The notes below the pieces were generated by a model, which was not told the origin of the DNA, did no database searches, and saw only the letters and a program-made list of their open reading frames with translations. A program made the position numbers and the translations under genes. Shown in pieces: positions 9,164-16,995 of a DNA stretch of 43,334 bases (positions are counted from its first letter, which is position 1; each line of letters begins with the position of its first letter). Source of the stretch: a virus (Duplodnaviria; Caudoviricetes); IMG/VR virus record IMGVR_UViG_3300027808_000052, positions 1-43,334 of that record; one strand, 5' to 3'.

Positions 9164-9606
9164 TGCTGACCGATAGCAAAAAGAAAGAACTTAGCATTGA
9201 CGCACTCTTGATGGTTGCGGCACAGCAGACAAAGTCACCGCATCCTGCTGAAGCGGTTTATGCGGCCATTGTCAAAGAGATGAACATGGAGCGCACTTCG
9301 ATTTATCGCGAAGGCAACACGCTGTTCATCATACACCCCGCACAAAAACGCATTGGAATTTTCCGCGCTTTGAACGCCGACACGGCCAGAAACTATCTGG
9401 ACAACTCTTACACGTTTATTAAAGACGCATACGACATGGGCTTTGATACGCTTGTCAGCGATTTTGACGACCCAACAATTATGAACATCTTCAAGGGGAT
9501 TTCAAGAAATCCTCCAAGAGAAGGCATGGGCTACCGCGCTGAAAAGACCAAGACTGGTTTTCGCGTGTCAGTCAAATTAGGCCCAGCGCGGCCTGATAGG
9601 GAGTAA
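9160..9606 (+). CDS. Hypothetical protein (148 aa), possible GNAT-like acyltransferase
   Basis: GTGA-coupled to the ketosynthase; alpha/beta pattern and size. The function is inferred from position only. Confidence 0.55.
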   Translation: MMLTDSKKKELSIDALLMVAAQQTKSPHPAEAVYAAIVKEMNMERTSIYREGNTLFIIHPAQKRIGIFRALNADTARNYLDNSYTFIKDAYDMGFDTLVSDFDDPTIMNIFKGISRNPPREGMGYRAEKTKTGFRVSVKLGPARPDRE

Positions 9607-9608
9607 TT

Positions 9609-11561
9609 ATGTCAGCAGTAGTTTCATTTGTAAGTAATGTTGTTGAGAGTGTCTTTGAGGCCGTCGGTGATGTTGTAGAAGCCGTTGTTGATGTTGTCAG
9701 TGATGTTGTTGAGTTTGTCGGCAATACAGTTGAAGCAATTATTGAAGACCCGCTACCAACGCTTCTTCAAATTGCTGGCGCGGCTATTGGCATTCCGCCG
9801 TATGTCACAAGTGCAGTTATTACTGCGGCGCGTGGCGGTGATATTGGGGATGTCATTCTTTCTGCTGGTACATCCTATCTTGGCGCAGAGTTAAATACTC
9901 AATTTGCATCCTCTTCTGTTGCTGATTCGATTTCAACAACGCTACTTGAAACAGGGGTTAGTTCTTCTGTTGCTGATATTGTCACCTCTGGTATTGGTAA
10001 GGGCCTTGTTGCGGGAACACTTGCGGAAATAAAAGGCGGAGAATTTGGTGACGCCTTTGCTGGCGGTTTTGTGGGAACCGTTGTTGGCGCAGGCGTAACA
10101 GAACTGACCAGCATTGTCTCTGATACCGTAATCAGCACTGCAACAACAGCAATAGACTCAGTAGGAACTGCGGCCAACACTGATTTTGTGGCTGGGTTTG
10201 ACTCTGGCTCAACTACCGCCAGCGTTAGCACAACAACTGACACGGGAACAACAGTTGACACAAGCACAACGGTTGGCGACACATTTGCCACCACTGTAAC
10301 CACTTTTAATTCTGTCGATACTTCTGGCACATCTGGCGCTTCTGATACCTCTGGGACAACAGTCACAACTGGCGCAGTAAATTTAAGTACAGACAGCGGT
10401 TCTGGCATAGGGGCAGATGTTGTTTCCGAGGTTACCGTTTCTAACATTGGTTTTGACACCGTAGGTGTTGACAGCACATTTACTGGTGACACCACTGACA
10501 CCAGTAGCACCACAGGCTCAACCAGTGTTGTTGATTCCAACTTAAACAGCGACACAACAACTGGTTCAACGACTACAGACACTGGCGGCACAAGAAGTGT
10601 TGCCGATTCAACTTTAAACAGCGGCAATACAACAGGCTCAACCTTTGTGGGTGATTCAGGTGGGCTGGATAGCGTTGCCGACATCATTGCAAGCCTCAAC
10701 ACCGATACAGGCGGCACAGCAGTAGACACGGCAGGCGCTACAGCGGCTGACACGGTACTTGGCACAACGCTTGATACAGCGGCCAACACCACGGCTAACA
10801 CAGCGGCCAATACATCGGCTGACGCCATCGTAGGTGGATTGAACACGCTGAACACTGAGTTGACTGGTGGATCGGACATTGTTTCTGCTGATGCAGATAC
10901 AGGCAATGTTGTTCTCAATGATGATGTTGTTCTCAGCGATGATGTTGTTCTCAATGATGATGTTATTCTTAATAATGATGTTGTTGGCGGCTTGACCGCA
11001 GTATCAGGCGATCAGGGCACTGCAACATTTGGCGATGATGTTGTAGTTGGAGCAGATGCCGCAGGAAATGATGTTGTTGTTCGTGCAAGCAATGTTGTTG
11101 CTGACACTGGTGACACTTCTGGCGCAACAGACACCGTTGGTGGATTGACGCAAGTCCAGACTGGAAGCGGAAATTTAAATGTTGATTCTGCCGCAGACGC
11201 AACAACGGGCGGCTTGAACCAAGCCAGCACTACTGGTTCAAAAACAGGTGATGCCTTTACCAAAATTATAAAAGGCGCAGTAACAAAGGCTGTGACTGGT
11301 GCCCTTAAAGGTCAAGTCAAGAGCGGTATCAATAAAGCCCTTGGCGTCAATACCGCCAAAAAGACTTCGCCCACAAAACAATTTGTGGGTAATGTTGCAT
11401 CTCAAATTGCAGGAAAAGTTACACCAAAATCAATGGACATATCAAAATTGATCCCAGTGACAACCGCAAAGAAAACGGCTCCGTTCAAAGCAAATGTGAG
11501 TAATTTGACACCAGTTTCTAGGATTTCTGGCCTGTCATCTTTGGTCAATCGTAAAGGATAA
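9609..11561 (+). CDS. Probable internal virion / ejection protein (650 aa, low complexity)
   Basis: Amphipathic Val-rich N-terminus, Gly/Ala hydrophobic segments, T/S/D-rich middle and Lys-rich tail; first gene of the post-nozzle block. Confidence 0.6.
   Translation: MSAVVSFVSNVVESVFEAVGDVVEAVVDVVSDVVEFVGNTVEAIIEDPLPTLLQIAGAAIGIPPYVTSAVITAARGGDIGDVILSAGTSYLGAELNTQFASSSVADSISTTLLETGVSSSVADIVTSGIGKGLVAGTLAEIKGGEFGDAFAGGFVGTVVGAGVTELTSIVSDTVISTATTAIDSVGTAANTDFVAGFDSGSTTASVSTTTDTGTTVDTSTTVGDTFATTVTTFNSVDTSGTSGASDTSGTTVTTGAVNLSTDSGSGIGADVVSEVTVSNIGFDTVGVDSTFTGDTTDTSSTTGSTSVVDSNLNSDTTTGSTTTDTGGTRSVADSTLNSGNTTGSTFVGDSGGLDSVADIIASLNTDTGGTAVDTAGATAADTVLGTTLDTAANTTANTAANTSADAIVGGLNTLNTELTGGSDIVSADADTGNVVLNDDVVLSDDVVLNDDVILNNDVVGGLTAVSGDQGTATFGDDVVVGADAAGNDVVVRASNVVADTGDTSGATDTVGGLTQVQTGSGNLNVDSAADATTGGLNQASTTGSKTGDAFTKIIKGAVTKAVTGALKGQVKSGINKALGVNTAKKTSPTKQFVGNVASQIAGKVTPKSMDISKLIPVTTAKKTAPFKANVSNLTPVSRISGLSSLVNRKG
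10905..10985 (+). repeat. In-frame 18-bp tandem repeat (about 4.5 copies, DVVLND)
   Basis: aatgttgttctcaatgat / gatgttgttctcagcgat / gatgttgttctcaatgat / gatgttattcttaataat / gatgttgtt. Confidence 0.9.
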
Positions 11562-11566
11562 GCATC

Positions 11567-14500
11567 ATGGCAATTTTAGAAAAGCGCAGAGCAGTTAATC
11601 AATTGCCAAGGTTCCAAAGGTATCAGGACACCCGCGCTGGTGACCGTGCCGCCGCTTTGCGCGGCGAGACTCCAATCACTTCAGCGATCCGCCAACTTGC
11701 TGGCTCAAGTGGCTACGGCCCAATGGGCGATTCCCAAGGCTTTAATCCAATGGGCGGTGGTATGGGTGGCCGTGGTGGGGCAGGCCCGATGGGTGGCGGC
11801 ATGGGCGGCGGTATGGGTGGCGCAGGCAAGGGCACAGTCGATAAATTTGGCAACGTGGCAGGTCAGCCTAAGACTGCTGTTACATCGGCTCTGAAGGGCG
11901 CTACTGCCGCTGAGAAGAATGCTATTGCAAGCAAGGCCGCAGGAACTGGAGCGGCTGGGACTACCTCAAAGTTACCCGGCTTGACCTCCAAGACCACAGA
12001 CGCTACTGGCAAGACCATAACCTCAACGGGTACTGGCGCTGGAAAAACGGCAGGCGTTACAGGATCAAAGACGCTGACCTCACCCGGCACTGGTACTGCC
12101 AAAACCACAGGGACTACTGGAGCCAAAACAACTGGCTCTTCTGGTTCCTCGCTCAGTAAGACTTTGACCAGCGCATTGACTGGTGCCGCTCTTGGCGCTG
12201 GAACCAAGTTTGTAATTGACAAACTAACTGGAAAGAAAACGTCAGATTCGGGAGTCTCTGGAACAGGCGCAAGCAGTGGTACGGGTCTTACAAGCAAAAC
12301 CAATCCTTTTGGTACAAAAATTGGAACGTCAATTGTTGACACTGGCGTAAAAAAGGTTGTTGACAAAGTTACAGGCACGGGCACAGCCAAGACTGCGGGA
12401 ACAGCGGGGACTGGCGTCACTTCTGTGATCAAGGGCGCTGACACAGCAGGCACCGCTGGGACTACTAAAACCACCAAGGCCGGGACAGCGGGAACTGTTG
12501 GAACAATCAAAACAGGAACCGCTGGCACCACAGGTGTTGTCAAAAAAGTGACTGATGATGTGACTAAAGGTGTGACTAAAAAAGTATCTGACACGGTTGC
12601 TAAAAAAGTAACCGATGGCGTTACTTCTGCTGTCAAACCAAAATCTCCTGTTACTCCTGCAAGCAAGACTGGAACACCCAAAACTGGAACACCTAAGACA
12701 GGTGGAGCAGGAACAAAGACTGCTGGCTCTGAAACAAAAACTAGATCACTATCGTCAACACCCACTGCTGATAAAACATCTGCGGGCACGCCTGCTGACC
12801 CATCGTTGGGGTTGCCTGAAGGCGCTATTGATAACGGCGATGGAACATACACCGTTGGCAATACAACCTACAGTATGGAAAACGACGCTGTGTTGTACAC
12901 CATCGATGCCGATGGAGCCATTACTCTTGCGGATGCAACGGAGGGTGGTGCTGGGGTTGCATACGACGACGACGGCAACTTAATGCCGGGATATGAGTTA
13001 GATGAAAACGGCGATGCCGTGTTTGTTGGCGATGCCACTTCAACCATATACGACCCTAGTGGCGGATCAATTACTAGCGACACAAAAACCATTAACTCTT
13101 TTGATACAACCACACAAGTCATGGACGACGGCACTGTTGTAACTCTTGATGCCAATGGCGACATTGTTTCTTACACCGACACCGATGGCGTTGAATACGA
13201 TGCCGATGGCAACGAAATTGTTAGTGGTGGTGGTGACGGCGGTGAAGATGGTGATGGAAGTGATGAAGGCGGTGGAGGCGAAACCACCGAGACATTAGAT
13301 GATGGCACTGTAATCACATACGACGAAGACGGTGACATTGTTTCCTACACTGACACTGATGGGGTTATATACGACGGTGACGGCAATGAAATTGTTGACG
13401 ACTCTGGTGGCGGTGATGGCTCTGACGAAGAAGAAATTGTTGCTGACGAAGAAGAGGCATACGACGGCTTGTACTCTGATGATGAGGGTAACTTGTACGA
13501 CGCTGAAGGAAACTTTGTCCAATACGCCGATGGCACTATGGCTGGCGAAGAAGAGTTTGCTGAAGGCGCGGTGGCTTACACCGATGAGTACGGCAACACC
13601 TACGATTACAACGGCGACCTTCTTGAAGAGGGCGACTACTCTGACTATGTTCAGTATGACGAGGACGGAAACTCCTACAACTTTGATGGAGAACTGATCG
13701 ACTACGCCGAAGGTTATGACCCAGCCGAAACGTACACCGCCGATGATGAATTTACCTTTGAAGACGAATACGCATCCGACGACGAGTATTCCTATGAAGA
13801 CGACTACTCATATGACGACCTTGACTACGGAAAAAAAGGTGGCTTGATTCACATGGAAAACGGCGGCGATGTCTCTGAGGAAGACGGCGAACCAATAGAA
13901 GAAGAAGAAAATGAAGACGGCACCATTACCCAATACTTTGATGATGGCTCATCAATCACTTACGGCGAAGACGGCGAAGTAAATAGCGTTACGGACACTG
14001 AAGGTGTTGAGGAGTCAGGCGGAGGTGATTCAAATAATGCGGAATTGCAAACTAGAGGCGTGAGTAGCAATGGTCAATTAACTGCCGATGAAATGCTACA
14101 GATTCTTGACGACAGGAAAATATCGCGTCAAGCAATGGAGAGGCAACAAATAGAAGATGACTTCAACGCTGAAGAATCTTTGGCTAACTATAGGGCTAGA
14201 AATGGTTTGCCGCCTCTTACAACCTCTACGTCTGTCCCTGTTTCTGAGCAGAATCTTCAGGGAAAAAAATATTTTTCTGACGGCTCTTATATTCTTTTTG
14301 ACAAATTTGGTACTCCTGTTCAAACGGCAGACGCCGATGGAAACCTATCACTTTACAGCCCCGACATAAAGCCCTCAGTAAATTCTCAAGCAACTGCCAC
14401 ACTTGCGCGTGATCCAAACTACTCAAATACCACAGAGAAAGTTCAAGATTTCCAAAATGTTGGCTACAACTTTGGTGAGTTAGACGACTCCACAATGACG

Positions 14501-16066
14501 GGTTACACAGGGGCTGGTAATCGCAACCCAGTAGGTAACACTTATACTGGTTTGTCTGATGCAGTAAACACCTCACCCCCAGAAGGCTGGCCTGAAGGGT
14601 TTGTTTCCAATGATGACGGCACAGCCACTTATGTGGACGACGACGGTAGCACCGTGACCATTGACGTTGACAGCAACATTGTGTTTGTGACGGACGCATA
14701 CGGCGATGTGGTCGCGCAAGATGGTGAGGCGGTTACTACTGGCGGCTTGGGCCAAGCAAATCAAAACATCCAATATTTTGATGACGGCTCTTACATTCAA
14801 ACTTTTGACGATGGAACATCTATCACATTTGATGCTGATGGAAATCCTTTCCGAGCAACAGACTCTGAAGGCAACTCACAACTTGCCAACACAACTTCTT
14901 ACGATGACGATGGCAACCAAACTATCTCTGACTACTATGGCAACATAGTTAAAGTTCTTGATCCGCAGGGCAATGTGATTCCTATGGGCGGAGGCAGGAT
15001 CAGCACCGCCCCGATCACCAATGTAGGTAGCACTGGCGCGGTTGGCACTGATACTGAATCAGCCGTCCAGAAAAAGATTGAAGATCAGCAAGTTAACAGA
15101 GATACCAAAAGCGCAATTGATGACTTGCTTGCAGGCTTAAACACCTACGGTGGCGCAGGCGCGGCTGGCGCTGTTCTTGGCGCGTTGCTGAGTGACACCG
15201 ATTTGTTTGGTGGCGGTGGCGGAGGCCACAGTTTTGACATGACTGGCGTTGGAGCAATTGACCCGCGCACAACAGACTTTGGCATTGGCCCAGCGAACTA
15301 TGTTGGCTACGACCAGTACGGCACGCCAGAACAGATGCCCGAGTTGTATGGCCGCGAGTTGTATCAGAACTTGAACGCCCCCGGCTTCAACGAGGTGAAC
15401 CCCGGGGACTACGCTCAGTACGACGAAGAAGAGTTTGGCTCAGACGATATGTATTTGGAAGAGCCTATGGACGAAGTTCAGCCTATGGCCGAGGGCGGTA
15501 TGCCTACGGGCGGGCTAGGTCAGACATATCCTGAGACCTACTACACCTTTGGCACCCCTGTTGATCCTTTGCAGAACCTGCGTAATCCAGCGCCGTACCA
15601 GCCACAGCAACCACAGATGCAACCTCAGATGCCTCCACAGGCCGCTCAGAACGCCCAACAAGCGCCGATGGGTATGCAACCGATGGGTATGATGCCTCAG
15701 ATGCCGCCTATGGCTCCAATGCCTCAAATGTCGCAGGGGATGCCTCCTGCTGGCATGAAGAGAGGCGGCTTGCCTGCTTTGTCAAATGTGCCAATCACCC
15801 AAGGTCGCTTGAACTTCCGCCAAGGTGCGGCAGTCCACGGCCCCGGAGATGGTCAGTCTGACGACATTCCAGCGATGCTGGCTGATGGTGAGTATGTGAT
15901 TGACGCCGATACCGTAGCCCAAATTGGCAACGGCTCTACAAAAGCAGGCGCACAGGCTCTGGACAAATTCAGGGAAAATATCAGAATGCATAAGCGGTCT
16001 GCACCCGTGAATAAGATTCCGCCTAAGACCAAGGCGCTTACTTCCTACTTGAAAGGAGCCAGATAA
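11567..16066 (+). CDS. Large probable internal virion protein (1499 aa)
   Basis: Basic K/T/G-rich N-terminal region, acidic [YF]DxDG[ND] repeats, Q/P/M-rich linker, and a C-terminal GPGDGQSDDIPAMLADGEYV domain. Confidence 0.65.
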   Translation: MAILEKRRAVNQLPRFQRYQDTRAGDRAAALRGETPITSAIRQLAGSSGYGPMGDSQGFNPMGGGMGGRGGAGPMGGGMGGGMGGAGKGTVDKFGNVAGQPKTAVTSALKGATAAEKNAIASKAAGTGAAGTTSKLPGLTSKTTDATGKTITSTGTGAGKTAGVTGSKTLTSPGTGTAKTTGTTGAKTTGSSGSSLSKTLTSALTGAALGAGTKFVIDKLTGKKTSDSGVSGTGASSGTGLTSKTNPFGTKIGTSIVDTGVKKVVDKVTGTGTAKTAGTAGTGVTSVIKGADTAGTAGTTKTTKAGTAGTVGTIKTGTAGTTGVVKKVTDDVTKGVTKKVSDTVAKKVTDGVTSAVKPKSPVTPASKTGTPKTGTPKTGGAGTKTAGSETKTRSLSSTPTADKTSAGTPADPSLGLPEGAIDNGDGTYTVGNTTYSMENDAVLYTIDADGAITLADATEGGAGVAYDDDGNLMPGYELDENGDAVFVGDATSTIYDPSGGSITSDTKTINSFDTTTQVMDDGTVVTLDANGDIVSYTDTDGVEYDADGNEIVSGGGDGGEDGDGSDEGGGGETTETLDDGTVITYDEDGDIVSYTDTDGVIYDGDGNEIVDDSGGGDGSDEEEIVADEEEAYDGLYSDDEGNLYDAEGNFVQYADGTMAGEEEFAEGAVAYTDEYGNTYDYNGDLLEEGDYSDYVQYDEDGNSYNFDGELIDYAEGYDPAETYTADDEFTFEDEYASDDEYSYEDDYSYDDLDYGKKGGLIHMENGGDVSEEDGEPIEEEENEDGTITQYFDDGSSITYGEDGEVNSVTDTEGVEESGGGDSNNAELQTRGVSSNGQLTADEMLQILDDRKISRQAMERQQIEDDFNAEESLANYRARNGLPPLTTSTSVPVSEQNLQGKKYFSDGSYILFDKFGTPVQTADADGNLSLYSPDIKPSVNSQATATLARDPNYSNTTEKVQDFQNVGYNFGELDDSTMTGYTGAGNRNPVGNTYTGLSDAVNTSPPEGWPEGFVSNDDGTATYVDDDGSTVTIDVDSNIVFVTDAYGDVVAQDGEAVTTGGLGQANQNIQYFDDGSYIQTFDDGTSITFDADGNPFRATDSEGNSQLANTTSYDDDGNQTISDYYGNIVKVLDPQGNVIPMGGGRISTAPITNVGSTGAVGTDTESAVQKKIEDQQVNRDTKSAIDDLLAGLNTYGGAGAAGAVLGALLSDTDLFGGGGGGHSFDMTGVGAIDPRTTDFGIGPANYVGYDQYGTPEQMPELYGRELYQNLNAPGFNEVNPGDYAQYDEEEFGSDDMYLEEPMDEVQPMAEGGMPTGGLGQTYPETYYTFGTPVDPLQNLRNPAPYQPQQPQMQPQMPPQAAQNAQQAPMGMQPMGMMPQMPPMAPMPQMSQGMPPAGMKRGGLPALSNVPITQGRLNFRQGAAVHGPGDGQSDDIPAMLADGEYVIDADTVAQIGNGSTKAGAQALDKFRENIRMHKRSAPVNKIPPKTKALTSYLKGAR

Positions 16067-16992
16067 TGGCTGGACTTTTTCAGGGTGATGCCCTACCAGA
16101 TGTAACGACGACGACGCAGACGCAAGCGACCGCGCCAGAGTTCTACACCAACTACCTTCAAGACATTGCCAACCTTGGTCAGAACGCCGTCCAGCAGGGC
16201 GGTGTGGCTGGGTTCAGCCCACTGCAACAACAAGCCTTCCAGATGGTGCCTGATGTGGCATTTGCTGGCGCTGGCTCGATGGGCGCGGCATCCCAGTTGA
16301 TGGGGCAGGCTGGCGCAACCACCATGCCTGATGTGGTGGCTGACTACATGAACCCCTACACCAGAGGTGTGGTGGATGAGATGGGTCGCCTGCAACAGCG
16401 AAGCATTCAAGAGAACATCCTGCCAAACCTTGGCGCGGCGGCGGCTGGCTCTGGTCAGTTTGGCTCACGCCGTCAACAACAACTCACTGGCAACTCCTTG
16501 CGTGATCTTCAGTCTGACTTGTTGGGCAAGCAGATGATGGCCCTTCAGTCTGGATATTCAGACGCTGGCAAGTTTGCACAACAGGATTTGACTCGCGCCC
16601 TACAGGCTGGTCAAGGTTTTGAGAACTTAGGCGAAGCACAGCAACGGTTGGGTCTTGGTGGTCTCAAGGCCATGAACGAGTTTGGTGGTCAGCAACAGGC
16701 TCTTGGTCAAAAGATGCTGGACTACCCAATGGCTCAGACGCAAGCCTTTTCTCAGTTGATGAAGGGTTACCAAGTCCCCGGCGGTACGGTCACTCAAGAG
16801 ACTGGCCCAAAGTCTGGCGCATACTCCAACAGCCCACTCTCTCAAATTGCAACATTACTTGCAGGTTTGGGTTCTTTTATGCCCAAAGGAAAAAGCGGTG
16901 GTGCGGTGATGATGAAGCATGGCGGCAAAGCCCACCGCTCAAAAGCCCATGCCTATTTGGCACGCGGCGGTTCAGTAAAAATGGCGAGGTAA
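16066..16992 (+). CDS. Probable ejection / DNA-transfer protein (308 aa)
   Basis: Q/G/A-rich helical protein with YMNPY...VVD and GQFGSRR motifs as seen in podoviral ejection proteins; stop and start overlap with the upstream gene. Confidence 0.65.
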   Translation: MAGLFQGDALPDVTTTTQTQATAPEFYTNYLQDIANLGQNAVQQGGVAGFSPLQQQAFQMVPDVAFAGAGSMGAASQLMGQAGATTMPDVVADYMNPYTRGVVDEMGRLQQRSIQENILPNLGAAAAGSGQFGSRRQQQLTGNSLRDLQSDLLGKQMMALQSGYSDAGKFAQQDLTRALQAGQGFENLGEAQQRLGLGGLKAMNEFGGQQQALGQKMLDYPMAQTQAFSQLMKGYQVPGGTVTQETGPKSGAYSNSPLSQIATLLAGLGSFMPKGKSGGAVMMKHGGKAHRSKAHAYLARGGSVKMAR

Positions 16993-16995
16993 TAA

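Noticed and set aside
11750-11830. GGMGG repeats as collagen-like or as further xxxGG signals
   Set aside because: Not a Gly-X-Y period; it is a generic Gly/Met low-complexity tract and was not counted among the motif copies.
9899-12861. Long antisense ORFs (9899-10954 and 11863-12861)
   Set aside because: They are codon-for-codon shadows of low-complexity Thr/Gly/Val sense genes, with no RBS or motifs.
13829-13840. GGAAAAAAAGG as a programmed frameshift site
   Set aside because: The ORF continues in frame, and the run is explained by the GKKGG peptide motif.
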